Program-made: the position numbers and the translations under genes
Virus record (IMG/VR): IMGVR_UViG_3300017913_002464
Location: 1-48,006 of that record
Origin: a virus
Lineage: Duplodnaviria > Caudoviricetes
Direction: 5' to 3' (one strand)
Length of the DNA stretch: 48,006 bases
In this document: one piece after another, positions 1 through 9,817 of the stretch
Layout of the letters: every line of letters begins with the position of its first letter
Position numbering within the stretch: the stretch's first letter is position 1
Notes under the pieces: model-generated
Told to the model about the DNA's origin: nothing
Database searches by the model: none
The model's input: only the letters and a program-made list of their open reading frames with translations

Positions 1-2
1 AT

Positions 3-1601
3 GCTACTCATCAACTTGCGTATAGCAATCAGAGTAGCTGTGTTTACCCTTGCCAGCTCTCCACTAGAGAGAGCAAGAATATCCACAATGTTACCATTAT
101 CAGTGATTTGAACATTGAGTTTATCATTTGATACTACGAACTCCAGTGTAAATCGACCATCGGATAGTTCTGCTAAATAGTAGTTTGTGAGCTCTTCCAA
201 CTCTTTTACAAGATTCTCTATCTTATACGCCAACAAACCGTTGGTACTGAAAGCCTTTTTTAGTACTTCCAAGTGCCCTGTCGTTGCAGCCTCAAGATCG
301 AGAAGCTCATTTAACTCAAACAACTCTTGGGTAAATTCGTCAGTTTGCTCTAATATTACTTGGATTCTTGTGTTTCGTTTAGTGATTGCCTCATTTTCTC
401 GTGTGAGTCGTACAAGTTCATCCTTTGCATTCTGTATTCTCTCCGAAATTCGATCAGCCCTACTTCTAAGCTCCGCAGGATCCACTGGAGATGTTGGTAG
501 ACTACTGTCAATGCTTCTAAACAACTCTTGCCAATCTTTTTCAGTTTTGCGAGCACGTTCGTACTCTGCATTGTTTCGTTTAATTTCTGATATTCTTCTA
601 TCAATTTCATCTTGTTTTTCTCTTGCTTCTGCAATCTTTTTTGCCTCTGCATCTATAAGCGACTGTTTAAAAGAACTGTCTACAGACTGTTCACAAGTGG
701 GGCAGTGGTCCCCAAGTTTGCTCATTTTGTGTAAAATATTTTTTGACCCCGTTACGACCCCGTTTAAAGTTCCTAATTCGCTTTGAAACTCATCATAGGA
801 CTCTAATGCTGATATTTTACAGGCTTGAGCTTCCTCAATATTTATCTCAGAAAGTAAATCTTTATAAGTATTATTCTGAGAAATTTTTCTATTTTTTTCG
901 GAAATATTTTTAATTTCCATCATAAGAGTGGCGAGTTCTTGTTCGTCCTCTGATGTGTCAATAGAAATTTCAGACGTGGGCAGTATGGATGTATCACTCA
1001 ATTTGTTACTTGATAACCACTTTTCAATTGTCGCTATTTTACTTTCAATACTATTAAGGTTTAGCGTACTCTTTCTAGCTTCTTCCTTGAATATTTCAAA
1101 TAGCTTTACATAGTGCTCTAAGTGGAGAAGGTCAATAAGAAACTTTTTGCGATTTGTATCTGTCGCAGTAAGAAACTGTAGACTGCTATTTGTGTTCTGG
1201 TATACCAACTGAGAGAAGGTTTTAAAGTCGATGCCAATAATATCTTGGAGAGTCTTGTATGTATTGGTCGCTGTATGAGAACTAATATCTTCTCCATCTT
1301 CCAAAAGACGAAGCTTAATATTAGACTTCCGATCAATAATGACATCATAGCTTTTCTCATCTTTTGTAAACTCAAGATGTATGTGATAACCTGAGTTTAC
1401 GTATCTGTTTGGTATATCCGCCTTTTTAATTCCTTTTGAGTTCTTGTTGTACAGTGCCTCTTCTATAATTAACGGGATGGAGGACTTCCCCATCCCGTTA
1501 GTACCAACAAGCTGTGTCACAGTATTACTACTTAGGTCTAGCTCGTTGTCGGCTCCATAACTAAAACAATTACTCCATTTCAACTTTTGCAGCGTAATCA
1601 T
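3..1601 (-). CDS. SbcC/Rad50-like recombination ATPase (T5 D13 homolog); 3' end runs off the window
   Basis: Absent from the ORF track because it is truncated. Manual translation from ATG 1601 gives MITLQKLKWSNCFSYG... with Walker A GTNGMGKSS, Zn-hook CPTC near 700 and ABC signature LSSGE near 60. Follows the SbcD-like gene. Confidence 0.93.
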   Translation of the reverse strand, partial: MITLQKLKWSNCFSYGADNELDLSSNTVTQLVGTNGMGKSSIPLIIEEALYNKNSKGIKKADIPNRYVNSGYHIHLEFTKDEKSYDVIIDRKSNIKLRLLEDGEDISSHTATNTYKTLQDIIGIDFKTFSQLVYQNTNSSLQFLTATDTNRKKFLIDLLHLEHYVKLFEIFKEEARKSTLNLNSIESKIATIEKWLSSNKLSDTSILPTSEISIDTSEDEQELATLMMEIKNISEKNRKISQNNTYKDLLSEINIEEAQACKISALESYDEFQSELGTLNGVVTGSKNILHKMSKLGDHCPTCEQSVDSSFKQSLIDAEAKKIAEAREKQDEIDRRISEIKRNNAEYERARKTEKDWQELFRSIDSSLPTSPVDPAELRSRADRISERIQNAKDELVRLTRENEAITKRNTRIQVILEQTDEFTQELFELNELLDLEAATTGHLEVLKKAFSTNGLLAYKIENLVKELEELTNYYLAELSDGRFTLEFVVSNDKLNVQITDNGNIVDILALSSGELARVNTATLIAIRKLMSS

Positions 1602-2529
1602 TAAATATACCTACTATTTGTGGAATCCTTGCCTCTGGTATTTCCAGAATATAGGATAGATACTCTACTAACTCTTCTTGAATGCTCATCTCTTTGTCCA
1701 TGACAAGAGTGGCTTCAGTGTTGCGTTTTACAACTTTTTTGTCAAGAAGTTCTGTGTTCTTAACGCCTGCAAGCTCTTGAATATCCCCTTCTATCTCATA
1801 GATTGTGTGATGGTAGTCTGTAGGTATCATTTCACTTGGATCTGATACTGTTTTACGAATTAGCTGAGGTAGCTGAAACTCGTCCCACATCCACTCCCAG
1901 TTGTTTGGGTTTATAAGAAGGTAGCCGGTGCTGACCTCATTTCGGTGAAACGAAGTTGTCATAGGGCTGCCGGGGTATACAATGTTGCGTTGAGTATTGC
2001 TATGTGCGTGAAGATCGCCTGCAAAAACTACTGGAAAGTCCTCAAACCTGTCTAAGTCCACCTCTGGCTTGACGTGTGGAGGAATCTCTCCGCGAACATG
2101 AGTGAACAAAGGTTTCTTTGGATCAAACAGTTCAATAGAGTTTTTACGATGAAGATCTGCATATGGCAGTACTCCAAACCCGAAGTCATTGTCATAGTAT
2201 GACATATCAACTACTTTTACAAGAGGGTTGATATCTCGAGTTACTTTTTTAAGTTGCGTGAAGAAAGTTTTGTTTTTCTTTGTAGCTTCGTGATTACCGT
2301 CATAGATAAGAGTTGGAATACTCACATTTGAGATAAATGAAAAGTATAGCTCCAACTCTTCCATGTTCGGCAGACGGTCAAATAAGTCGCCTCCAATAAC
2401 GTGCATATTGCACTGTAGCTCAAGCTCATGTACTTGCTTGAAAAACATATGATAGCGATTTATGGCCCACTCACGAGGTACGTTCTTTTGTCCTAGCTTG
2501 ATGTGCCAGTCTGCTGTAAATAAAATCAT
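1570..2529 (-). CDS. SbcD/Mre11-like metallophosphoesterase nuclease (T5 D12 homolog)
   Basis: Motifs DWH, GGDLFD, GNHE, GDLH, YPGSP; position matches T5. Confidence 0.93.
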   Translation of the reverse strand: MILFTADWHIKLGQKNVPREWAINRYHMFFKQVHELELQCNMHVIGGDLFDRLPNMEELELYFSFISNVSIPTLIYDGNHEATKKNKTFFTQLKKVTRDINPLVKVVDMSYYDNDFGFGVLPYADLHRKNSIELFDPKKPLFTHVRGEIPPHVKPEVDLDRFEDFPVVFAGDLHAHSNTQRNIVYPGSPMTTSFHRNEVSTGYLLINPNNWEWMWDEFQLPQLIRKTVSDPSEMIPTDYHHTIYEIEGDIQELAGVKNTELLDKKVVKRNTEATLVMDKEMSIQEELVEYLSYILEIPEARIPQIVGIFNDYAAKVEME

Positions 2530-3116
2530 GAATTAAACCTTGTATTTAACACTAAACTTTCTAATTTATCTTTTAAAGTTTCTGTTAAAGTAGGGGTTCT
2601 AAATACGTTATTTACAGGAATAACGTATTTATCTATGTAGCCTACCGCACCTTCTACTAAATTAGGAATATGTTTACCTACCTCATCGTCTAGTCTGTCG
2701 ATATCATGAATTAATTTCATCTCTATTTCGCGAGAAGATCGTCCTACAGCTATTGCGTAGGCGAATTCTTTTAAAGAAGGCTTTATTAGTTGAGGAACAC
2801 TAAACCCTGGTCTGTAATACCTGGTTGTGCCTTCTCCGCTCATTTTACCTCTTTTGAAATAAGATTTTCCACTTTTTTCTACGACAAGTGTACAGGGCTC
2901 TACTAAGTAAAGCCCTTCTATGTCTTCCTCAAAATAAGAATCTTTTAATTCTTTATTTTTATGAGGATCCGCATCTATGTAAGCTCCACTTAATGTGTAA
3001 AGCTGTACAAACGGTTTTTTACATCCCCGTGCAAAGCTAGTAGCTTTTTGGCGACGTAAACGATATTCATTATTAGGTAGTTTAAGTCTCTCATATGCAT
3101 ATTTAGGCATACACAC
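2526..3116 (-). CDS. hypothetical protein, possibly a divergent GIY-YIG/T5orf172-like nuclease
   Basis: 196-aa AT-rich ORF filling the gap between the D11 and D12 homologs; GLYLVE...YFKRG...R...EIE pattern. Confidence 0.5.
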   Translation of the reverse strand: MCMPKYAYERLKLPNNEYRLRRQKATSFARGCKKPFVQLYTLSGAYIDADPHKNKELKDSYFEEDIEGLYLVEPCTLVVEKSGKSYFKRGKMSGEGTTRYYRPGFSVPQLIKPSLKEFAYAIAVGRSSREIEMKLIHDIDRLDDEVGKHIPNLVEGAVGYIDKYVIPVNNVFRTPTLTETLKDKLESLVLNTRFNS

Positions 3117-3119
3117 CTC

Positions 3120-3746
3120 TTACGACAAATTAAACTCAGCTTCTAGGCTTTCATCCATATCTTCTGAAGAGACTTCACGAATCTCATCTAAAAGAGCTTT
3201 TTGTGCGTCTGGTGTAGGACGAGGCATAACATCATCCATAGACTTCAGATCAGCAATAGCTGCCATCTCGTCTTCGTCGAGAGCACGCTGCTTGCACTTA
3301 AGTACTTGTAACTGGTACTCTACATTGTAGGGAAGAGGACCAGTCTTCACTCGCTTGAACTTGACATCCCAGCCCGTCTCAGGATCAGTAGGATCGCCAA
3401 GGTCCTCTGCTGCAGTCAAGATAGCTTCAAAGAGCTTCTTCTTGAGGTTGATGATTTTGACTTCACCGCCATCAAGACACTGCATTGCATAGCTCCAGCC
3501 ACACTTCAGATCGGGGTAGTACTCACGTACCCAATCCTTCTCGAGGTTGTTGAAACGCTCTTCGTTACGATCAAAAGACAGACACTCAAAAGGAATCTGC
3601 TTGCCATTCTTGCCTTCCAGCCAGTAAACGTATCGTGCGAGTACATCCCCAACCAAGCGAACTTCGTTGTCTCCGTCACGGTAAGCGTAAGAAGTAATAG
3701 ACGATTTTTTAGCCCCGCCTGCGGCTTTGTTAAATGATAGTGCCAT
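3120..3746 (-). CDS. single-stranded DNA-binding protein (T5 D11-like)
   Basis: RLVGDVLARYVYW, GDPTDPETGWDVKFKRVKTGP, acidic C-terminus; T5 synteny. Confidence 0.85.
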   Translation of the reverse strand: MALSFNKAAGGAKKSSITSYAYRDGDNEVRLVGDVLARYVYWLEGKNGKQIPFECLSFDRNEERFNNLEKDWVREYYPDLKCGWSYAMQCLDGGEVKIINLKKKLFEAILTAAEDLGDPTDPETGWDVKFKRVKTGPLPYNVEYQLQVLKCKQRALDEDEMAAIADLKSMDDVMPRPTPDAQKALLDEIREVSSEDMDESLEAEFNLS

Positions 3747-4147
3747 TAGTGTATATTCTCCTGTTTGACTTCTTCATATATAAAATGAATTTTACCATTT
3801 TCTATACGAAGTAGACTGTTATCTTCAAAGTGTTCTAGTTCTACTTCGCATTGAAGTAGATCCAGTGTGGTATTCCCAGTAATTAAATAGTCCGCGTACG
3901 GACGCATAGAAGCCAAAGCGATATACTGGGCTATTTCGCGATGGCTGTGCTTGTAAGCATAGTATAATAAAACATCTGGGTGAACAAGGTAGGATTGCCC
4001 AGCAAAATGCTTTCCAGCGTATTTATAAATATCATCATACTTATTTTTTGGTATTGATCTTTTTACTAACATTCTAAAGATCACAAAGACAGATAAAGCA
4101 TTGCCTTCTGCCGCATCGTAGATCTTTTTCCAATCATAGAACAACAT
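3746..4147 (-). CDS. conserved T5-like hypothetical protein
   Basis: MLFYDWKKI...YIALAS; lies between D10 and D11 as in T5-like phages. Confidence 0.7.
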   Translation of the reverse strand: MLFYDWKKIYDAAEGNALSVFVIFRMLVKRSIPKNKYDDIYKYAGKHFAGQSYLVHPDVLLYYAYKHSHREIAQYIALASMRPYADYLITGNTTLDLLQCEVELEHFEDNSLLRIENGKIHFIYEEVKQENIH

Positions 4148-4176
4148 ATTATACTCTCTTTTGAAACAAAAGTCAA
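4148..4176 (-). promoter_or_regulatory. sigma70 promoter TTGACT-17-TATAAT
   Basis: Near-consensus hexamers with an upstream A-tract. The -10 abuts the ATG at 4147, so it probably drives the D11 gene. Confidence 0.8.
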
Positions 4177-4192
4177 GAAGTATTTTTCTATG

Positions 4193-5476
4193 CTACAACT
4201 GTCTTATAGCGTAGCCTTGTTTCATATAGTAGCCCATTCTGTTTGATGCTTGTCGCTGGGCTGTCTTTCCTTTAAGGTGAATGTCAATAATTACTGGGTC
4301 TCTTTTGTTCTCATGCTTGCGTACAACCCTGCCGATGAGCTGGGTAAGTAAAGGTTCATTATTGATAGGGGTAGCAAGAATGAGACAGCTAAGGCTATTG
4401 ACAGAGATACCTTCGCTAAAAATTGCTTGAGTTCCGTATAAAATGTTCTTTTTTCCATGTAATATCTCATTTATTAGTGTTTCTCTTTCCTCATGCGGTA
4501 CCTCACCCGTAACACATATGGAATTCTCACCAGTCAGTTCGGCGCAGCTCTTCAAAAAGTGAACTCGATCTGACACCACAAGTACCTTATGGCCTCTTGC
4601 GGCGTATGCTGACGCTAACATTGCAACTGAGTGACGATATTCGTCGTTATTTGCTATAGCATTAACTCTTTTAGCCCAGGGTATGTTTGCGCCGTCTGGA
4701 AAACGAACCTCTGAGCGGTAAATATCTATACTTGGTGTGAGAAAGTTTTCTTTTGGCGGTTTAAAGATGTTGGGGCTAAAGTAATCCCGAAAAACCACGT
4801 GCTTTCCATCTTTGCGCTCGATTGTACCCGACAGCCCTATCTTGTAACGAGCATGGCTGGTATCAATAATCTTAGCAAATGTGGGAGAAGACACGTGGTG
4901 CATCTCATCAAGTATTATAGTTCCGAATTCTTTTCGGATTTTCTCGATATTCCGGTACAAAGTCTGAGTATTCCCAATAACAATAGGGCTATCAACGTCA
5001 AACTTGCCACTCCCAATAATGCCGGGACTAAATCCATAAACTTTCTCCACTTCCTTGGCCCACTGATTTCGTAGCGGTACTGTGTGAGTTACTACGAGTG
5101 TCTTTTGACCGAGTTTCCCTGCGATTGCAAGACCTGTAAAGGTCTTTCCCCAACTTACCCAAGCGTTGATGATACAGTTATCATCCAAATTGTCATAAAC
5201 ATCCTGCTGACTTTGCCGTAGCTCAAACTTAAACTTCGGAAAGTCAGCAGGAATGCTTAGACGCTTTTCGACAATTTCGTATGAGTCCGGTATCAGATCC
5301 GTTCGTCCGATTGGTATAGATACCAGATTTTCGCGCACCCGCTGCAGATTCTTAATGATCTGTGGAGGGTCATTCGGGTTTTGCGAAGGTATTTTATACG
5401 TGAGTTCGTCCGAGAGAATCTTCCGATACTCGGGACTAGCTTCCATAAAAATACGATTAGATAGTACTGCTTTCAT
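4193..5476 (-). CDS. SF2 DEAD/DEAH-box helicase (T5 D10 homolog)
   Basis: VSWGKT Walker A, DEMHH, LSGT, QLIGRVVR; likely start MKAVLSNR at 5476. Confidence 0.92.
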   Translation of the reverse strand: MKAVLSNRIFMEASPEYRKILSDELTYKIPSQNPNDPPQIIKNLQRVRENLVSIPIGRTDLIPDSYEIVEKRLSIPADFPKFKFELRQSQQDVYDNLDDNCIINAWVSWGKTFTGLAIAGKLGQKTLVVTHTVPLRNQWAKEVEKVYGFSPGIIGSGKFDVDSPIVIGNTQTLYRNIEKIRKEFGTIILDEMHHVSSPTFAKIIDTSHARYKIGLSGTIERKDGKHVVFRDYFSPNIFKPPKENFLTPSIDIYRSEVRFPDGANIPWAKRVNAIANNDEYRHSVAMLASAYAARGHKVLVVSDRVHFLKSCAELTGENSICVTGEVPHEERETLINEILHGKKNILYGTQAIFSEGISVNSLSCLILATPINNEPLLTQLIGRVVRKHENKRDPVIIDIHLKGKTAQRQASNRMGYYMKQGYAIRQL

Positions 5477-5654
5477 ATCTTGTGCAGAATAGCTTCTCAA
5501 CAGGTTTTATAATACAAATCTGAGGAGCTACTCCGCGCCCTCCTGTACATTCTTCTTTAGTTGTAAGATAGGCCATAAACTCGACACAGTCTTGTTGATC
5601 CCTATCAATAACTGTACATCCTGATAGCAGGAGTACTGGTAATAACTTCTTCAT
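5457..5654 (-). CDS. small predicted lipoprotein
   Basis: MKKLLPVLLLSGC signal with lipobox; four further Cys; ATGA-coupled to the upstream gene. Confidence 0.65.
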   Translation of the reverse strand: MKKLLPVLLLSGCTVIDRDQQDCVEFMAYLTTKEECTGGRGVAPQICIIKPVEKLFCTRYESSTI

Positions 5655-6145
5655 ACTTTCCTTCTCGTGTCTAGTGGTTTATCTTCTGAATAGTTGTATA
5701 GCATCCAGGGCAACTCCCCTACATGGAGCAGTCCTGCATAACGAACTCCATCTGGCGGAGGCCTTGGTACTACAAACTTTTGTTTTACCCCCTCTAAGCA
5801 CAATAAAGAGCAAACATCCTTTTGAATGACTCTCTTTATTCTATAGTATTTTAACTTGGAAAACTTAGTTTTTTCATAGATGAATGGAAATCCATTACTA
5901 TCTATAAAATGTTTTTTGTCACTTTTGAGAACCCCTCGCAGAGTATCTACCTGCTTATTTAAAGGAGATAAATTCTTATGAGGGGTCTGCATACGGCGAA
6001 CACCTAGAGTATCGCCTTGCATGTTTTTATCGTCAAGTATTTTGTCCTCTAGAAATAAAATACCGTCTTGTCTTTCCCAGTTCCCAGAATCTAACTCGTA
6101 TACTGGAAACCGTATTTTGTTAGCACTACTGTACTGTATCACCAT
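5651..6145 (-). CDS. conserved T5-like hypothetical protein
   Basis: FPVY...ILDDKN.GDTLGVRR...FIDSNG; follows the polymerase as in T5. Confidence 0.7.
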   Translation of the reverse strand: MVIQYSSANKIRFPVYELDSGNWERQDGILFLEDKILDDKNMQGDTLGVRRMQTPHKNLSPLNKQVDTLRGVLKSDKKHFIDSNGFPFIYEKTKFSKLKYYRIKRVIQKDVCSLLCLEGVKQKFVVPRPPPDGVRYAGLLHVGELPWMLYNYSEDKPLDTRRKV

Positions 6146-8402
6146 ATAGTTTCTTAAACTTACCCATTGAGTAGTCTTCCCCTATTTCAAAGTCACAGCC
6201 TATAGGAGCTCCAGGGATATAGATACCACGATCCCTTTGTATTAGCCTCTGAAGATTATCAGAGTACACTTCTATCTCATCTTCCGGAACTTCCGCAAGA
6301 ATAGAGTCGTGAACGAGAGCAAAGATTCTTGACTTCATACTGTTTTGTTGTATAAAGTCTTGCATATCTATGGCCCCCAAAAGGTTAATATCAGAAGCAG
6401 CGGACTGGACCAAAAAATTAAGACCAGAGCGAATGCTATGAGACTTGATGCCTTTATCGGTACTTTCAACATTAGGTAGCCTCCTCTTTCGTCCAAAGTA
6501 GCTGTACACATATCCATTCTGTTCAATAAACTTTTGTCTATCTTCAATCCACGCTTTTAGACTATGGAATGTGCCAAAATATTCATTAATTACTTCTGTG
6601 GCCTCGTTCTTTGAAAAATACTTACCACTGTCTTTTGTTACTTGTTCACTGATCTTTGCAGGACCAGCTCCATACATAATACCGAAGGTAACGGCTTTTG
6701 CGGCCTGCCTACGATCTGAGTATAGCTCTGCTACTTCTTCTACTTCGCAAGGAAGTCGGAACACCTTGTGAGCAATAGTACTGTGGAAGTTGCCTCCAGA
6801 TCGGAACACATCCATCAAGGCTACATCATTTGCAAGAACTGCCGCAACATATACTTCGGCAGTCGTCAAGTCCATTGCAACAATCTGGTGGCCAGGAGCT
6901 GCCTTGATGCACCCCTTTACAGTAGGGTTATCCCGAGGAAGCTGCTGCATATTAAGTTTACCACTAGAACTAAGGCGACCAGAAGTAGTACTGTGCAGAT
7001 TAAAGCCTGTGCGAAGACGAGAGTCTCTATCCAACTGAGGTATGATTTTGTCAAGGTAAGTATTCTTGATTTTGGATTTTTGTCTGATATCCAAGATGAG
7101 CTTAGGTACATCGCTTTGAATTGCGAGTTCCTTGAGGACTTCCGCATCCGTAGAATCTGCGCCCGTCCCAGTTTTCTTTCCAGTCGGTTTAAGGCCAAGT
7201 TGGTCAAATAGTAACTTACGCAACTGCAGAGTAGAATTAGGATTAAAAGGCTTTGCATTTATTTCCTCAAACCTCCGTACTTTTGGATTTTCGTAGAGCT
7301 TGGCGATTGCTGTATCAATGTCAGTTTGCATTGCATCCTGTGCAACATACAAGCGTTTCTTATCAAAAGGTACTCCGTTATCCTGTATATCTGTCAGAAA
7401 CCGAGTACCTGGAATAAGAATATTCTCATATACAGAATTGAGTTTTTTGTTTTGTTTAATTTTTTTAAACTTCTCGTACAGCAAAAAAGTACACAAAGCA
7501 TCCATTGCTGCATAAGTTTTCATAATATCAAAGGGAATAGCTCCCCACTGAAAGTCGCCTTTCAGAATGCCATGCTCTTTACGATACTGGTCAATCCAGT
7601 CGTACATAGGCTTTTCATAGTCCCCGTAGGGAGTGTACTTTAGTGATAACGTCTTTAGGCCATGCCCTCCGGGATTCTCGTCTATGAGGTAATGGAGCAG
7701 CATGGTGTCCTCAAAACGAGGAAACTTGAAGTGAAAGTGATACTCGAAAAACGCCATATCAAACTTCGCGTTGTGAAATACTACGATCTTCTTGTTAAAT
7801 AACTCTTGCAGAAGTCTTTCAGTCTCATCATTAAAACAATCGGTATCAATATAAGCACCGAACTTATTATTATAAGACAGACTAATACCAAGCATATAAC
7901 CGTCACGGGGATATAACCCAGTTGTCTCAGAATCGAGTGCAACATATTCACATTCTTCTCTGATGGCGGCCTGAATAAATTCATTTGCTTTCTCCGTATC
8001 TTGGATGCCAAAAGCAACGTCTTCATTGACGGTTATATCCTCAAAGTCACCAGCGATATAGTTTTTGATACTCTCCTTAGAGTCGTCCCACGTTCTTTTA
8101 GCTTCTGGCTTAAAGGCAAGCATTGCAGGATTGATAACAGGTAAGAACTTGCCTTCAATCTTCTTACCCGAATATTCTGTTACTGAATTAACTTTTGTAT
8201 AATACTTGAGCGCGTCCGATCCAACAAGAATAACCCAGTCATAGTCGTCTGGGCTCATGTCGATGTCGCAGTCTCGTTTCAATACTTTTTTGAGATCAGG
8301 ATTAGAACATAACTGATACTGATCGAACTCAAAAGCATTGTCAAATTCTTGTTTAAAATTAGTTCTACTTGGTTTAGTTTCTACTAATGCAACTCTAGGC
8401 AT
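6126..8402 (-). CDS. polA: family A DNA polymerase with 3'-5' exonuclease domain and extra N-terminal (UDG-like) domain
   Basis: Exonuclease motifs DSETTG, HNAKFD, YAAMDA; polymerase motifs TSGRLSS, DLTTAEV, RQAAKAVTFGIMYG, VHDS. Confidence 0.96.
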   Translation of the reverse strand: MPRVALVETKPSRTNFKQEFDNAFEFDQYQLCSNPDLKKVLKRDCDIDMSPDDYDWVILVGSDALKYYTKVNSVTEYSGKKIEGKFLPVINPAMLAFKPEAKRTWDDSKESIKNYIAGDFEDITVNEDVAFGIQDTEKANEFIQAAIREECEYVALDSETTGLYPRDGYMLGISLSYNNKFGAYIDTDCFNDETERLLQELFNKKIVVFHNAKFDMAFFEYHFHFKFPRFEDTMLLHYLIDENPGGHGLKTLSLKYTPYGDYEKPMYDWIDQYRKEHGILKGDFQWGAIPFDIMKTYAAMDALCTFLLYEKFKKIKQNKKLNSVYENILIPGTRFLTDIQDNGVPFDKKRLYVAQDAMQTDIDTAIAKLYENPKVRRFEEINAKPFNPNSTLQLRKLLFDQLGLKPTGKKTGTGADSTDAEVLKELAIQSDVPKLILDIRQKSKIKNTYLDKIIPQLDRDSRLRTGFNLHSTTSGRLSSSGKLNMQQLPRDNPTVKGCIKAAPGHQIVAMDLTTAEVYVAAVLANDVALMDVFRSGGNFHSTIAHKVFRLPCEVEEVAELYSDRRQAAKAVTFGIMYGAGPAKISEQVTKDSGKYFSKNEATEVINEYFGTFHSLKAWIEDRQKFIEQNGYVYSYFGRKRRLPNVESTDKGIKSHSIRSGLNFLVQSAASDINLLGAIDMQDFIQQNSMKSRIFALVHDSILAEVPEDEIEVYSDNLQRLIQRDRGIYIPGAPIGCDFEIGEDYSMGKFKKLYGDTVQ

Positions 8403-9228
8403 ATAATTGTCTCCTTAGGCTGTCTACCTGAGATTGATTCAGTGCCCCGGCATCTATGTACTTGTCTCCAAATGCAATGTTGCGGGTATTGAGACCAAAT
8501 TTCTCGCACTGTTCTTTAACTCTTGCGGCCCCGCTCTGACCGGCTTCATCATTGTCAAGGAAGATATCTATGTTTGTAACTCCCTGAACGGATAACATTT
8601 CTAACTTTTCGTCTGTAAAGTTTTTTACGCCAAAACAGCATACTGCATTGGTCAAGCCTTTATCGTGTAGATTTAGAACATCAAATATTCCTTCTACTAA
8701 AATAACACTGTTCTGTATTGTAGAAACAGTGGGAAATAAAGGCATTTTTGCCCCGACGGGAGCATTGTAGTATTTAGGCATCTGAGTGGTTTGAGTTCTA
8801 GCTTGAATTGCAACTATCTTTCCTGTTCTGTCACGAATAGGAAAACAAATGCGACCACTAAACTCTTTCTGCCCGCTCATAAATGCTTCAAATTGTCTAT
8901 AAGTTTTCTGGCTAATACCACGCCAAGTACCCATAAAAGTAGTAGCGTCACGAGGAAGTTCTATACCGCTGCTTTCCTCCCGCACTTGCTGAATTTTCTT
9001 TTTCAACAACTGACGCTTGATCTCCATTTTATTTGCTTTTTGTCCGAAGTGAGTAAACAAGTTACCTTTATACTCACACGAAAAACAGTTGAATATACCT
9101 GTTACCTGGTCAATACGCATACTTGGATTTTTATCAGGGTGCTCAGGATTAAGACAACTGACAACAAAGTCTTTGCCTTTCGGAATATATGGAATATTTT
9201 TTGCGTTAAGTAAATCTTCTACGTTCAA
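8395..9228 (-). CDS. DNA primase (Zn finger plus Toprim)
   Basis: CLNPEH...CFSC Zn finger, VEGIFD, FLDNDEAG. Confidence 0.92.
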   Translation of the reverse strand: MNVEDLLNAKNIPYIPKGKDFVVSCLNPEHPDKNPSMRIDQVTGIFNCFSCEYKGNLFTHFGQKANKMEIKRQLLKKKIQQVREESSGIELPRDATTFMGTWRGISQKTYRQFEAFMSGQKEFSGRICFPIRDRTGKIVAIQARTQTTQMPKYYNAPVGAKMPLFPTVSTIQNSVILVEGIFDVLNLHDKGLTNAVCCFGVKNFTDEKLEMLSVQGVTNIDIFLDNDEAGQSGAARVKEQCEKFGLNTRNIAFGDKYIDAGALNQSQVDSLRRQLYA

Positions 9229-9509
9229 TAGTTTTCATCTACGCCCCAGCCAGCAGAGGCTAAAGCATCTCCATCCCAGTCATCTAAATAGTTTTCACCA
9301 TCATAGTAATCGTCATTCTCTCCGTGTAGCATAGAGTCGCAGACATCTTGAGCATACTGATAATAGTCTGTATGCTCATCATCAAACAGGTGAAAGTACT
9401 TTGATAAGCGTGCCAAGGTTACATCAGCGTTTTCATAGTCTCCGATATCCATATCTTTTTCTAGCATATCAAAGAGTTCTGTAATTTTTGGCTTCAGTCT
9501 TCGGTTCAT
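9225..9509 (-). CDS. acidic hypothetical protein
   Basis: ATGA-coupled to the cytochrome c stop codon; C-terminal DGDALASAGWG.DE.Y motif typical of phage microproteins. Confidence 0.65.
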   Translation of the reverse strand: MNRRLKPKITELFDMLEKDMDIGDYENADVTLARLSKYFHLFDDEHTDYYQYAQDVCDSMLHGENDDYYDGENYLDDWDGDALASAGWGVDENY

Positions 9510-9817
9510 TTTTCTGGGAATCCTTCTTGAACAAATACGCCGATAGTGCCTATCTGTCCCTCTGTCAAGGCTTGTGCCCAAGGATACATCATAGCAGACT
9601 GAGCACCAATAGGATGACCCATTCTATAATGTAGTAGCTTGCTAATAATATCATCAGCAGACTGTCCTGCAAGTTGAGGCCCAATACCGCCCTGCCCCTG
9701 AGCGCCGTGACAAGTGGTACACATCTTCCACTTCTCTCGAATATTTTCAAAGCGATCTTCTGCTTCTACTGCCGGTGCCAGCATTAGTAATGCTGTGGTG
9801 AATAAAACTTTTTTCAT
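9506..9817 (-). CDS. periplasmic class I monoheme cytochrome c (c553/c4-like)
   Basis: Sec signal peptide, CTTCHG heme motif, GPQLAGQ, distal Met (SAMM). Confidence 0.9.
   Translation of the reverse strand: MKKVLFTTALLMLAPAVEAEDRFENIREKWKMCTTCHGAQGQGGIGPQLAGQSADDIISKLLHYRMGHPIGAQSAMMYPWAQALTEGQIGTIGVFVQEGFPEK

Noticed and set aside
187-1375. ORF-track calls 187-786(+), 356-652(-), 928-1113(+), 1118-1375(-)
   Set aside because: They are antisense or off-frame shadows of the SbcC/D13 gene (1601 to the window edge), which the track missed because it is truncated
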